A DNA stretch of 64,000 nucleotides from Desulfomonilia bacterium (lineage in GTDB: Bacteria; Desulfobacterota; Desulfomonilia; UBA1062): assembly GCA_050014195.1 (NCBI GenBank), contig JBEKDT010000013.1, positions 85,025 through 149,024 on the forward strand. The letters run 5' to 3'. The notes below the pieces were generated by a model. That model ran no database searches, was not told where the DNA came from, and saw only the letters and a list, made by a program, of their open reading frames with translations. Made by a program: the position numbers and the translations under genes. Below are positions 1-10,780 of this stretch, piece by piece; position 1 is the first letter of the stretch, and each line of letters starts with the position of its first letter.

Positions 1-1
1 G

Positions 2-319
2 GAATTTCTCTATGTTGACGACCTCGCAGAAGCCTTAGTGTATCTCATGAGTAGATGTGATGCCTCGACTATAGGAGAGTTTGTGAACATAGGCGTAGGC
101 AAAGATATGACAATAATGGAACTTGCTGTGCTCGTTAAAGGTATTGTTGGATATCAAGGAGATATACAGTGGGATACATCCAAACCCGATGGAACACCCC
201 AAAAGTTACTCGATGTAACAAGGATTGAGGGACTGGGATGGAAAGCCAGGATCGGTCTTAAAGAGGGCATTCAAAATACCTATAATTGGTATTTAGGGAA
301 GATGAACAGCTCAAGGTGA
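2..319 (+). CDS. fcl: GDP-L-fucose synthase, C-terminal part (5' end outside window)
   Basis: Frame from nt 2 reads EFLYVDDLAEA...VNIGVGKDMTI...WDTSKPDGTPQKLLDV, the typical Fcl/WcaG C-terminus. Confidence 0.88.
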   Translation, partial: EFLYVDDLAEALVYLMSRCDASTIGEFVNIGVGKDMTIMELAVLVKGIVGYQGDIQWDTSKPDGTPQKLLDVTRIEGLGWKARIGLKEGIQNTYNWYLGKMNSSR

Positions 320-325
320 TATAAA

Positions 326-1777
326 ATGAAATCAAGAGATGAAACCTTTGCAAAATTGAATGCCGCCCTGAAATACCAAAAGAAGAGACAGACCCACTGG
401 GACAATATCGCCCGAAAGAAAGACCATTGGCAGTCTATAGGTGCCTATTACCATTCAAGGTTAAGCCATATCTATACCCACTTGGTCTCGCCTGGCCAAA
501 AGGTGCTTGAGCTGGGCTGCGGCACAGGTGAATTGCTGGCTTCACTCAAACCATCCTTGGGTGTTGGTGTCGATCTTTCTGGTGAGATGGTGAAGCGTGC
601 AGCCACGAAATTTCCTGATTTGCGTTTTATCCAGGCTGATTCCCATGATTTGGTATTGAATGAAACTTTTGATATTATTATTTTATCAGACATTTTGAAT
701 GAGCTCTGGGATGTCCAGAGTGTATTCGAGAGACTTCAGAGTGTGTCGGACTCGAGGACACGCATTATAATTAACAGCTATAGCCAAGTATGGCAGCTTC
801 CCTTGGCATTCGGTCAAATATTTGGTCTATCCACACCGCTTTTGACCCAGAATTGGCTTACCGTAGATGACATTGAGAATATGCTTGGTCTAACGGGGTT
901 TGAGGTGATAAGGCACTGGCCTGAGATTCTCTGGCCATTCAATACTCCGATTGTTTCAGAAATATTTAACAAATATGTTGTAAGATTGTGGCCGTTTTTT
1001 TACCTTGCACTCACCAATTTCATTATTGCACGGAAGCGGCAAGTTCCTTCTGAAAAGGAAAGCCTTGTCTCCGTGATCATACCCGCCCGAAATGAGGCGG
1101 GTAATATCGAGGAGATCATCCGACGTACACCTGAGATGGGTAGGGAAACCGAATTGGTCTTTGTAGAAGGCAATTCCAGAGACCACACCTATGAAGCAAT
1201 CGAGAGGGCCATCGCTCACCATCCTGAGAAAAAAATCAAACTTTTTAAGCAAAAGGGCAAGGGGAAGGGTGATGCCGTTCGTCTAGGCTTTCAGAATGCA
1301 TCGGGGGATATCTTTATGATCCTTGATGCTGATATGACTGTACCACCTGAAGATCTCCCTAGGTTCTATAATGCCATTATCTCAGGTGAAGGGGAATTCA
1401 TCAACGGAGTAAGACTGATCTATCCCATGGAAAAACAGGCCATGCGTTATTTGAACCTTGTGGGAAACAAATTCTTCTCCATGGCCTTTTCCTGGTTGCT
1501 TGGCCAGCCCATCAAAGACACCTTATGCGGAACGAAGGTGCTCAGAAAACAGGACTATGAGAAGATAGTACGAAATAGGTCTTACTTTGGTGACTTCGAT
1601 CCTTTCGGTGACTTCGACCTCCTTTTTGGTGCAGCCAAACAGAATCTGAAGATAGTCGAGATGCCTATCCGCTATGCAGAGAGGATGTACGGTACGACGA
1701 ATATTGATCGTTGGCGACACGGCTTAGTCCTTCTCAGGATGGTGTTGTTTGCATTAAAACGTATCAAATTCTTATGA
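326..1777 (+). CDS. Bifunctional class I SAM methyltransferase / GT2 glycosyltransferase
   Basis: N-terminal VLELGCGTG SAM motif; C-terminal GT2 with VSVIIPARNE, ILDAD (DxD) and DTLCGTK. Confidence 0.85.
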   Translation: MKSRDETFAKLNAALKYQKKRQTHWDNIARKKDHWQSIGAYYHSRLSHIYTHLVSPGQKVLELGCGTGELLASLKPSLGVGVDLSGEMVKRAATKFPDLRFIQADSHDLVLNETFDIIILSDILNELWDVQSVFERLQSVSDSRTRIIINSYSQVWQLPLAFGQIFGLSTPLLTQNWLTVDDIENMLGLTGFEVIRHWPEILWPFNTPIVSEIFNKYVVRLWPFFYLALTNFIIARKRQVPSEKESLVSVIIPARNEAGNIEEIIRRTPEMGRETELVFVEGNSRDHTYEAIERAIAHHPEKKIKLFKQKGKGKGDAVRLGFQNASGDIFMILDADMTVPPEDLPRFYNAIISGEGEFINGVRLIYPMEKQAMRYLNLVGNKFFSMAFSWLLGQPIKDTLCGTKVLRKQDYEKIVRNRSYFGDFDPFGDFDLLFGAAKQNLKIVEMPIRYAERMYGTTNIDRWRHGLVLLRMVLFALKRIKFL

Positions 1778-1871
1778 GCCGAGTAAACATACTCATGGTA
1801 GGTAATAAGCTCACACGCCGATACACTTCTGAGCATTTATATAAATTTTTTTAAGGGAAAAGAACTGATAG

Positions 1872-3887
1872 ATGAACTTACTTCATAGCCTTAAGGACAG
1901 GAATGTTCCGGCATCAGTCATACCAATCTTGATTGTTCTGCTCATTATTGTCAGCATCCTATTCGTATATGCACAGGTCGGAAGCCATGAATTTATTAAT
2001 TTTGATGATCAATTGTATGTAACGGACAATCCTATAGTAAAAGCCGGTGTTACTTGGAATGGTATTAAATGGGCATTCAGTTTTTCTGATAGAACATATT
2101 GGCATCCGCTCACATGGCTTTCCCATATGGTGGACTGTGAGTTGTTCGGCCTTAACCCTGGAAAGCATCATCTCGTGAATGTTTTCTTGCATATCATCAA
2201 CAGTATTTTGTTGTTTTTGGTTTTTATGATGATGACAGGAACTCTTTGGAGGAGTGCTTTTGTAGCTTTTTTATTTGCTTTGCATCCTATCAATGTAGAT
2301 TCTGTGGCTTGGATTGCCGAAAGAAAAAATCTATTAAGCACATTATTCTGCATGTTAACCATAATGGCATATATCTATTACTCACGCAGACCTTCTTTTT
2401 ATAAATATATTCTCATTCTATTTGTTTTCACGCTTGGACTTCTTTCAAAACCCATGCTTATCTCTATTCCTTTTGTTCTCATATTACTTGATTTTTGGCC
2501 GCTTAAAAGAATTAATTTTGATTCTTTGTTGACCAGAGAACAAATATCAATAGGAATCAGCAATGGAAGACGAGCCCAAAGAACACAAGCGCTCAAATTG
2601 ATAATTGAAAAAATTCCACTTCTCATTCTATCTCTTGTAATTATCGGTACATCTATCATCTCATTTCAGCACCATAGTGATGTTATTTCATCAAACTTAA
2701 TAAGTACAAAGTTACGTGTGGCTAATGCCATGGTTTCTTATGTTAACTATATGGGTAAACTGATTTGGCCGAGAAACTTGACAATATACTATCCATATCC
2801 AGCCAGTCTGCCCATGTGGGAAGTGATTGGAGCCAGTGTTTTTATTTGTACTGTGACTATTCTGGCGGGCCTTTATGCAAAAAAATTACCATACCTAATC
2901 GTTGGGTGGCTCTGGTACCTAGGAACTTTGGTGCCTGTGAGTGGGTTGATCCAGGTGGGGCTCTGGCCTGCCATGGCTGAGCGATGGGTTTACATCCCTG
3001 CAATTGGATTATTTATGCTGGTAGCATGGTTGATTCCCGACTTGGTTTCAGAGTTCAGGTTTAAAAAACTTGTCTTGAGTACACTGGCTGTTATGGTGAT
3101 CTGTATACTAATGATCTTAACATGGAGGCAAACCGGATATTGGAAAAATGATTTTATATTGTTTTCCCATGCACTACAGGTCAATGAAAGAAACAGTATT
3201 GCATACAGTAATTTGGGCGATTATTACTTAAATATCAATAGGCCTGGAGAAGCGATAGAATATTACGATAAATCTATAAAAATAAATCCATATGACCCTC
3301 TCGTTCAGAACAACTTTGCAATAGCCTTGCTCAAAGAAGGGCGTTATGAAGAATCTATTAAATACTTTAAAAAAGCTATCTTGAGTTATCCCAGAGATCC
3401 GCAATTATATAGTGGTCTCGGGATTGCATCTGCTCATCAGAATAGAAATACAGAGGCAATAGAATATTTTTCGAAATCCTTAGATATTGACCCCGGCAAT
3501 GCTGAAGTACATTTTGAGCTTGCTTATATTCTCAGTGAAGAGAGAAGATTTGATGAAGCCATAATTAATTTTAAAAAAGTCCTTTCTATAAATTCTTCTC
3601 ATGTTGGATCATTGTTTGGGCTATCAGCCGCATATAGCCAAAAAAAGGACTATAATGCATCGATGACTTTATTAAAGAAACTTCTTGATATTCAACCTGA
3701 TAACCCCAATGTTTATTATAACATAGCCTGTATCTATGCTAAACAGAACAAGGCAGATGAATCTGTTAGTTGGTTGAATAAAGCTGTTCAGAAGGGATTC
3801 AACAAATGGAACCTTATGAAATCGGATAGTGATCTGGATAATATTCGGGGGAACAGGGAATATTTTGATATTATTAAGGGAAAATGA
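1872..3887 (+). CDS. TMTC-like multi-pass membrane glycosyltransferase (GT-C) with C-terminal TPR repeats
   Basis: NFDD acidic loop after TM1, YWHPLTWLSH, HPINVDSVAWIAERK, AERWVY, about 11 TM segments, then about 7 TPRs. Confidence 0.8.
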   Translation: MNLLHSLKDRNVPASVIPILIVLLIIVSILFVYAQVGSHEFINFDDQLYVTDNPIVKAGVTWNGIKWAFSFSDRTYWHPLTWLSHMVDCELFGLNPGKHHLVNVFLHIINSILLFLVFMMMTGTLWRSAFVAFLFALHPINVDSVAWIAERKNLLSTLFCMLTIMAYIYYSRRPSFYKYILILFVFTLGLLSKPMLISIPFVLILLDFWPLKRINFDSLLTREQISIGISNGRRAQRTQALKLIIEKIPLLILSLVIIGTSIISFQHHSDVISSNLISTKLRVANAMVSYVNYMGKLIWPRNLTIYYPYPASLPMWEVIGASVFICTVTILAGLYAKKLPYLIVGWLWYLGTLVPVSGLIQVGLWPAMAERWVYIPAIGLFMLVAWLIPDLVSEFRFKKLVLSTLAVMVICILMILTWRQTGYWKNDFILFSHALQVNERNSIAYSNLGDYYLNINRPGEAIEYYDKSIKINPYDPLVQNNFAIALLKEGRYEESIKYFKKAILSYPRDPQLYSGLGIASAHQNRNTEAIEYFSKSLDIDPGNAEVHFELAYILSEERRFDEAIINFKKVLSINSSHVGSLFGLSAAYSQKKDYNASMTLLKKLLDIQPDNPNVYYNIACIYAKQNKADESVSWLNKAVQKGFNKWNLMKSDSDLDNIRGNREYFDIIKGK

Positions 3888-4087
3888 ATATATATTACAA
3901 TATAGCATGTGTTTATGCGAAGCAAAATATGGTTACTGAATCAGTGTCATGGTTAGGCAAGGCGATTCAAATGGGATTCAGCAATTACGATTTGATAAAG
4001 ACAGACCCTGATCTTGCTCATATCAGAGATACCGAACTCATGAATAATATTTTGAAATCTGTTAATGCCAAGAGTATAATAAAATAG
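3884..4087 (+). CDS. Stand-alone copy of the terminal TPR/capping module of the upstream protein (small CDS or gene remnant)
   Basis: NIYYNIACVYAKQN...ESVSWL.KA...GF....L.K.D.DL..IR aligns with the last ~60 aa of 1872..3887; ATGA overlap with its stop. Confidence 0.6.
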   Translation: MNIYYNIACVYAKQNMVTESVSWLGKAIQMGFSNYDLIKTDPDLAHIRDTELMNNILKSVNAKSIIK

Positions 4088-4186
4088 TAAGCAGAGAATA
4101 ATTTTCTTATTGATGTTCTATTAAAAGGTTTGAATGGAATTAACCGATTAGAAGGATGAGAGCCATTTAAAACTGCAGGTGGAATA

Positions 4187-5134
4187 ATGAATGTCACAAT
4201 AGTCGTACCTGTCTACAACAGCAGTACCATACTTCCCGATCTCGTAGTACGGCTGAATCCTGTCCTAGCAGCCAACTATGAAACATATGAGCTTATTCTT
4301 GTGAATGATGGGAGTAGGGATGAAAGCTGGAATGTTATATGCTCTTTGGTTTCCCAGCATTCTTGGATCCGGGGAGTAAATCTCATGAGGAACTATGGAC
4401 AGCACAATGCTATTCTCTGCGGCATCCGTTTGGCTCAATTTGAAGCCATCGTGACCATGGATGATGACCTTCAGCATCCGCCCGAAGAGATTCCTCGGCT
4501 CACAAATAAGCTGAGCGAAGGATATGATGTCGTTTACGGAACGCCCATAGAACAGAAGCATGGATTATGGAGGGACATGGCCTCCATCATCACGAAGGCA
4601 TCACTGCAAGCCGCTATCGGGGCTGAAACGGCAAGAATGGTAAGCGCGTTCAGGGTATTTCGAACACAAGTCAGAAAAGCCTTTGAAGATTATCGTGGGT
4701 CTTTTGTTTCATTGGATGTTTTGCTCACCTGGGGCACGACGCACTTTACTGCTGTTCCGGTCAGACATGACCAAAGAAAGAAGGGGATCTCAAACTATAC
4801 TATCTGGAAATTGATTAACCATGCCGTGAACATGATGACCGGATTCAGCCCTGTGCCGCTTCAGCTTGCAAGCATTATAGGGTTCCTGTTCACAATCTTT
4901 GGATTTGTAATACTCGTATATGTAGTAGGGAATTATTTTATTCATGGAGGCAGTGTACCGGGATTCTCCTTCCTGGCATGCATGATAGCCATATTCTCCG
5001 GGGTTCAGCTCCTGATGCTTGGCATCTTCGGCGAGTACCTTGCCCGTGTCCATTTCCGCACCATGGATCGGCCCAGCAGCATCATCCGAGAAATCAGAGA
5101 GCCGCGATCTAACGTTGAAGAAGACCGTATATGA
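4187..5134 (+). CDS. GT2 polyprenyl-phosphate glycosyltransferase (ArnC/GtrB-like)
   Basis: IVVPVYN, VNDGSRD, RNYGQHNA, TMDDDLQHPPEEI, two C-terminal TM helices ending GEYLAR. Confidence 0.88.
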   Translation: MNVTIVVPVYNSSTILPDLVVRLNPVLAANYETYELILVNDGSRDESWNVICSLVSQHSWIRGVNLMRNYGQHNAILCGIRLAQFEAIVTMDDDLQHPPEEIPRLTNKLSEGYDVVYGTPIEQKHGLWRDMASIITKASLQAAIGAETARMVSAFRVFRTQVRKAFEDYRGSFVSLDVLLTWGTTHFTAVPVRHDQRKKGISNYTIWKLINHAVNMMTGFSPVPLQLASIIGFLFTIFGFVILVYVVGNYFIHGGSVPGFSFLACMIAIFSGVQLLMLGIFGEYLARVHFRTMDRPSSIIREIREPRSNVEEDRI

Positions 5135-5901
5135 GTAAAGAACAAAACCCGATCTCGCTCTCAGTCCTTGATGAAGAACGTTTCGGTATAAGGATTGCTA
5201 AGGCTCCACTGGTGAAGATCGAGGCCATCCCCCATATGCTGGATTTTTGCAAAGCGAATCAGGTGGAACTCCTTATTTCCCGCTGCTCCACAGAAGACCT
5301 GAAAGCAGCCCAGGAAATGGAGAGATTAGGTTTCTCTCTCATGGACACGCTCATATATTTTATCCGCGACCTTAATATAAAACCGATTTCCAATGAAGAT
5401 CCAGAAGTTCATGTGAGGAATTTTGAACAGGGTGAAGAACATTCAGTCAAGTCCATAGCCAGAGAATCCTTCCATGGCTATCTCAGCCATTATCATGCAG
5501 ACAGCAGGCTCGATAAAAAGAAATGTGATGAAGTCTATACTGACTGGGCTTACAGGTCTTGTGTCTCTACAATGGTAGCCGATCAAGTACTTGTTGCAGA
5601 GAAAAATGGAGAGATAATCGGTTTTGGAACCATGCGTATGAACAACGCGATAGAAGGGGAAGGCCTTCTCTTCGGGGTTGTCCCTTCATTACAGAGGCAA
5701 GGTGTTTATCGGTCAATTATAGTGAAATGCTTGCAATGGTGTACTGTAAGAAAACTTCATGTCATGACTATCTCAACACAGATCACTAATTTGGCTAGTC
5801 AGAAGGTATGGATCCGCCTTGGATTCGAGCCGAACCATTCATACTATACTTTTCACAAGTGGTTTTCTGAGCTTGAAAACAGAGACTTTAAGAGGTCATG
5901 A
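5131..5901 (+). CDS. GNAT N-acetyltransferase, WecD (TDP-fucosamine acetyltransferase)-like
   Basis: GVVPSLQRQGV acetyl-CoA loop, STQITNLASQKVWIRLGF; same operon as a WecE-like aminotransferase. Confidence 0.72.
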   Translation: MSKEQNPISLSVLDEERFGIRIAKAPLVKIEAIPHMLDFCKANQVELLISRCSTEDLKAAQEMERLGFSLMDTLIYFIRDLNIKPISNEDPEVHVRNFEQGEEHSVKSIARESFHGYLSHYHADSRLDKKKCDEVYTDWAYRSCVSTMVADQVLVAEKNGEIIGFGTMRMNNAIEGEGLLFGVVPSLQRQGVYRSIIVKCLQWCTVRKLHVMTISTQITNLASQKVWIRLGFEPNHSYYTFHKWFSELENRDFKRS

Positions 5902-6779
5902 GAGTCTGTACCTTCTGTGGGCAGCGATTTGCATCGAATGACTGGCAGTGCCCCCGGTGTGGATGGGCACCTTTAATTCGCAAGGGGTTCATTTCTTTTC
6001 TTAATGAAGATCCACTATCCGGAGAGTCCTTTGATTCAGAATATTTTGCCAGGTTACACCATCTAGAAAAGGAAAATTTCTGGTTTCAGCACCGCACAAG
6101 GCTCATTATCAGGGCTATCGAGGAGTACTTCCCCTATAGTAAGAAAATTCTTGAGATCGGATGTGGTACAGGTCTTGTCCTCTCCGAGGTCGGACGAAGT
6201 TTCTCGGATGTGTCCCTGTCAGGAAGCGATTTATTTGTGGAAGGGCTCCATTTTGCTAAGTCAAGGATGCCGGATGCTGCCTTCTACCAGATGGATGCTT
6301 GCTGCATGCCCTTTGAAGATGAATTTGACCTTATCTTGGCACTGGATGTACTCGAACATATTGAAGACGATTCCAGGGCGATAAATGAGTTATGCAGATC
6401 GCTTAAATATGGTGGAGGGTTGATCATAACTGTTCCCCAGCACCAGTGGCTCTGGTCGATTCAGGATGAGAAGGCTTATCATAAAAGAAGATATGCCAGG
6501 AAAGAGTTAATGGATAAGTTGGTAAAAAACGGATTCCAGGTTATTTATGCAACTTCCTTTATTACACTATTGCTTCCAGTATTGGTCTTTTCAAGGATTT
6601 ATGGCAGGATTATTACAAGAACCCAGTATGAGTATGACCCAATGAGGGAATTAAAGATTGCTTATTCACTCAATAGGATTCTTTGTATCATATCCAAGAC
6701 TGAAGAACTTTTATTGAGAGCTGGTATTTCTTTTCCTGCTGGGGGGTCGCTGCTCTGCATTGGGAGAAAAGGACGTTGA
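5898..6779 (+). CDS. Class I SAM-dependent methyltransferase with N-terminal Cys-rich knuckle
   Basis: CTFC...CPRC, ILEIGCGTG, DVLEHIEDD, HKRRY. Confidence 0.82.
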   Translation: MRVCTFCGQRFASNDWQCPRCGWAPLIRKGFISFLNEDPLSGESFDSEYFARLHHLEKENFWFQHRTRLIIRAIEEYFPYSKKILEIGCGTGLVLSEVGRSFSDVSLSGSDLFVEGLHFAKSRMPDAAFYQMDACCMPFEDEFDLILALDVLEHIEDDSRAINELCRSLKYGGGLIITVPQHQWLWSIQDEKAYHKRRYARKELMDKLVKNGFQVIYATSFITLLLPVLVFSRIYGRIITRTQYEYDPMRELKIAYSLNRILCIISKTEELLLRAGISFPAGGSLLCIGRKGR

Positions 6780-6780
6780 T

Positions 6781-7929
6781 ATGGGAGATGAAAGGATAAG
6801 GATACCGTTTAACAAACCCTTCATTGCAGGCAAGGAGCTCTACAACATCGCCCAGGCAGTGCTCAAGGGACACCTTGCCGGAGATGGGCACTTTACAAAA
6901 CTCTGTCATACTTGGCTAGAAGAAAAGCTTGGCACAAGGAAAGCCCTGCTTACCCATTCTTGTACAGCAGCCCTTGAGATGTGCGCGATCCTGTGTGACA
7001 TCACCCCGGGTGATGAGATCATAGTGCCATCATTCACTTTTGTTTCAACGGTCAATGCCTTTGTGCTCAGGGGAGGTGTACCGGTATTCGTAGATATAAG
7101 GTCCGATACCCTGAACATAGATGAAAAGAGGATTGATGACGCAATCACCAGGAAAACCAAGGTGATCGTTCCTGTACATTACGCAGGTGTCCCTTGTGCC
7201 ATGGATGAGATAATGCGCCTGGCCGAAAAACATAATCTGCTCGTTGTGGAAGATGCTGCACAGGCCCTGCTTTCTACCTACAAGGGAAAGTGTCTGGGTG
7301 CAATAGGGCATTTGGGTGCATTGAGTTTTCACGAAACAAAGAACATTATCAGCGGAGAGGGTGGGGCGCTGCTGGTGAACGATGATCGATTCATAAAACG
7401 TTCTGAGATCATCAGGGAAAAAGGCACTGACAGGGCACAGTTTTTCAGGGGGGAGATCGACAAATACAGTTGGGTGGACATTGGCTCCTCATATCTTCCC
7501 AGTGAACTTATTGGCGCATTCCTCTATGCACAGATGGAACAGGCTGAGCAAATTATAGCCAAACGCCGAGGTATTTTCGATCTGTATTATTCTTTGCTAA
7601 GACCCCTTGAAGAGAAGGAACTTATCCGACTTCCATATATAACAACCAGTGATTGCTCATGTAACGGGCACATATTCTATATCATCATGAATTCTCTTGG
7701 AGACCGCACTAAACTTATAAAATATTTGAAGAAGAATGACATATTATCAGTCTTTCACTATGTGCCCTTACATTCATCTCCTGCCGGAATTAAATATGGC
7801 AGAATTGCTGGGAGTATGGATGTTACGAATGACATCAGCGAAAGATTGCTCAGGTTGCCAATTTATTATGAGATGGAAGATGTTGATGTCATATATGTTG
7901 TTGATAGGGTTAAGAACTTTTTTAGCTGA
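6781..7929 (+). CDS. rffA: dTDP-4-amino-4,6-dideoxygalactose transaminase (DegT/DnrJ family)
   Basis: IPFNKP, LLTHSCTAALEM, EDAAQA, SFHETKN (PLP Lys), FFRGEIDKYSWVDIGSSY; ATG at 6781 preferred over TTG at 6760. Confidence 0.9.
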   Translation: MGDERIRIPFNKPFIAGKELYNIAQAVLKGHLAGDGHFTKLCHTWLEEKLGTRKALLTHSCTAALEMCAILCDITPGDEIIVPSFTFVSTVNAFVLRGGVPVFVDIRSDTLNIDEKRIDDAITRKTKVIVPVHYAGVPCAMDEIMRLAEKHNLLVVEDAAQALLSTYKGKCLGAIGHLGALSFHETKNIISGEGGALLVNDDRFIKRSEIIREKGTDRAQFFRGEIDKYSWVDIGSSYLPSELIGAFLYAQMEQAEQIIAKRRGIFDLYYSLLRPLEEKELIRLPYITTSDCSCNGHIFYIIMNSLGDRTKLIKYLKKNDILSVFHYVPLHSSPAGIKYGRIAGSMDVTNDISERLLRLPIYYEMEDVDVIYVVDRVKNFFS

Positions 7930-7955
7930 ATGGTCAAATTTTAATAGAATATATA

Positions 7956-10718
7956 ATGGTGGGATCACCAAGTACTAGTATTAGTGAGAAGAATTTATGT
8001 TATGAGGGGATATGCTTGGACAATAGCCATAGTAGCAAAGAAATGAATAATTCTAATTCTATCTTACCCAAGCCCTTCATTTTCTATTTCATTATCATTA
8101 TTCTTCCTTTTCTAATGTTTTTTTGGATGATACCTTTTATTGGCAACATTACTTTAGGTAATGATTATACTCTTTACCCAACTGCACATCAAATGGAGCT
8201 TATGTTCTCCATAAAGACTGGATCTTTTCCTCTTTACATTCCTGGCTTCGCAGGTGGTCAATCTTCTTCAGCACTAACTCTAGGGCAAATATTTCATCCC
8301 ATATCCTGGATCTCTGCGCATATGCCTGGATATTGGGATGGGAAAGCCTTGGAATGGAATACTCTTTTCCGATTGCTCTCTCTCGGTTTAACCCAATTAT
8401 TGTTATTTGAATTTTTACGGAGATTGAAATTTAATAACCTTGTCTCTTTTTTACTTTCCTTTGTGACAGTTTATAATCTTCGAATGCTCGATTTATTTCG
8501 TTATGGAGCATCACTTGAAAGTTGGACAGGGCATCTGCTTCTTTGTACTGCAATCGGATTATATTATCTTAACCAGAAGGGCGGTTGGAAAGAACCTTTA
8601 TTTATCATCGGATCAACGTACTGGCTTGTCTGTAGTGGTCATCCACAAATGATGTATTACGGTTTGCTCGGTGCCGGTCTTTTTGCTTTAATAATACCAT
8701 ATTTTGTGTCGATTTTCTTGCCGGAAAAAGGTGTTGAGATAAAAAATCTGATCAGATTTTGGGGGAAGACGGCCCTTTTTTGTTGTGCAGGGATTGTACT
8801 ATCATCTGCATACATAGTTCCCTTTTATTTTGACTTTATGACAACTTCAGCAAGGATTGGAAAGAGTTATGAATGGGCCAATATGTATTATACTGACACA
8901 TTTATAGGAACAATAAACAATTTTTTCCAGCCCCTCAGGACTACAGTGGACGGGAATTTCGGTGGAACATCATTATTCATCATTCCTGCACTAATACCTT
9001 TATTATTATTTCTTCGTGTAAGAGTTCCACGTGTCATTTGGGCAACATGGATATTAGTCCTTTTTGCATTTTTACATATGCAGGGTGATAGAACACCGGT
9101 TCATTATATTGTTTGGAAATGCTTGCCCTTAGCTTCTTCATTTAGGGTTGCAGGTAGGATCGCAATGATCATCCCTATATTGTTAATGTTAATGCTTGCT
9201 TGGTTATTTCGATCAAATTCTCCTGCATCAACATCAATAAATAAAAAATTAAAAGTTAATCCTGTAATGATCTTAGCTTGCATAGGTATGCTATTAATCA
9301 CAGTGTACAACTTAATCCCAAACTCTATTACTTCGAATACACATGAGTTCTGTCCGGCAAATATACATCTAATTCCAAACAGTATAATGATACTTTACAT
9401 TATATTGGGGATGCTTGCTCTCCTAACATTTTGTATACATAATATCTTTAGTAACAAAAAATACATTACAGAATTTATATTGTGCATAATTACTTGCATA
9501 CAGGTTATGATACTTTTGGGATGTGGTACATGGATGGAATACAAGAAGGATACTCCCAATTTCCAGTCGATGACCTTTCAAAAAATTAAGGGGCTTGATT
9601 ACCAAGGTAAAACAGGGGTGGGATTAAATCAAGCCATCATTATGAAGCAAGTAGAACGATCATATCTGGAACCCTTTCTTGGGAAGTTTTATTCTCAGCA
9701 TATTAATGCTCAAAGCAATGAAGATGCCTATTCAATAATGGAAAGAGGTCGTACTCCAGATCAAGTTGTTTTAGAAGGATATAACCCTAAGAATAATAAA
9801 CTAGAAAATAGGCAATTAGCTGAGAAAACTTCAGGCCATGTGAAATTGATTTATAGTTCTTTTAACCGGTTGATCTTTGAAGTCTCTTCCTTAAAACCTG
9901 GCTTTTTAGGCCTTTCCTACCCATACAATGGGCATTGGAGAGCAATACTTAAGAAGCAGTATGTTCCAGTTTATAGGGCTAATGGTGCTTCACATGCTGT
10001 ATATGTACCTGCTGGTACCAATCTTGTTGAATTCAGATATTGGAGCACTGCTGCTTTTGTTGGAATAGTTTTAAGCTGTTCTATGATTATCATTATTGGA
10101 TTTATTTTCATGCATAGATTTTCAACAAAAAATGTAGGATATGTATTCACAATTTTATCCCTTATTTTTAGTATAAGTATTTTTATTATTTGGTATTATA
10201 GCTTGTATACAGGCAAAAACCTTAATACGGTTTATACATGGGAATCTTCTCCTGAAACTTATAATAATCTTGCTTATAGTAAGAGGACTGAAATGTCGTC
10301 TTCAACACTAATACCTGATTCTTTACTCAATGATCCAGGTACAGCTTATCTAAAACAATATCCATATCTGTATACTAGTGGCAAAGCTGTCGATGGTGAT
10401 CGATCTCCAAAATCTGGTTTTATTACAGCTTTAGTAAACCAACCATGGTGGAGGGTAGATCTAAATCGTGTAGAGAATATTGGTTCTATCGTTATTTATG
10501 AATCTCTTATAGGCGATAACTGGAATGTACGTCCGTTGATGTTGGCATATTCAAATGATAAAATCACATGGGGAGTAATGAAATTTTCTAATTCTGGGCC
10601 AAAAATTTGGCTTCATTTTAATAAACCTATAACTGCTCGATATGTTGAGATAATGTCTTCTGGATATTGTAAGCTCTCCTTTGATGAAGTAGAGATTTAT
10701 CCCCTAATTGAAAGATAA
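7956..10718 (+). CDS. YfhO-like multi-pass membrane protein (putative GT-C) with C-terminal F5/8 type C (discoidin)-like domain
   Basis: Many TM helices, SGHPQ, YNGHWRA...VYRANGASHAVYVPAGTNLVEFRY (YfhO-type), then KAVDGD...PWWRVDL...ARYVEI...EVEIY. Confidence 0.68.
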   Translation: MVGSPSTSISEKNLCYEGICLDNSHSSKEMNNSNSILPKPFIFYFIIIILPFLMFFWMIPFIGNITLGNDYTLYPTAHQMELMFSIKTGSFPLYIPGFAGGQSSSALTLGQIFHPISWISAHMPGYWDGKALEWNTLFRLLSLGLTQLLLFEFLRRLKFNNLVSFLLSFVTVYNLRMLDLFRYGASLESWTGHLLLCTAIGLYYLNQKGGWKEPLFIIGSTYWLVCSGHPQMMYYGLLGAGLFALIIPYFVSIFLPEKGVEIKNLIRFWGKTALFCCAGIVLSSAYIVPFYFDFMTTSARIGKSYEWANMYYTDTFIGTINNFFQPLRTTVDGNFGGTSLFIIPALIPLLLFLRVRVPRVIWATWILVLFAFLHMQGDRTPVHYIVWKCLPLASSFRVAGRIAMIIPILLMLMLAWLFRSNSPASTSINKKLKVNPVMILACIGMLLITVYNLIPNSITSNTHEFCPANIHLIPNSIMILYIILGMLALLTFCIHNIFSNKKYITEFILCIITCIQVMILLGCGTWMEYKKDTPNFQSMTFQKIKGLDYQGKTGVGLNQAIIMKQVERSYLEPFLGKFYSQHINAQSNEDAYSIMERGRTPDQVVLEGYNPKNNKLENRQLAEKTSGHVKLIYSSFNRLIFEVSSLKPGFLGLSYPYNGHWRAILKKQYVPVYRANGASHAVYVPAGTNLVEFRYWSTAAFVGIVLSCSMIIIIGFIFMHRFSTKNVGYVFTILSLIFSISIFIIWYYSLYTGKNLNTVYTWESSPETYNNLAYSKRTEMSSSTLIPDSLLNDPGTAYLKQYPYLYTSGKAVDGDRSPKSGFITALVNQPWWRVDLNRVENIGSIVIYESLIGDNWNVRPLMLAYSNDKITWGVMKFSNSGPKIWLHFNKPITARYVEIMSSGYCKLSFDEVEIYPLIER

Positions 10719-10780
10719 AAATGATATGGGATTCATCATAATCTAGCATGAAACTCAGGCCATCACCTATCAAGTAATAA

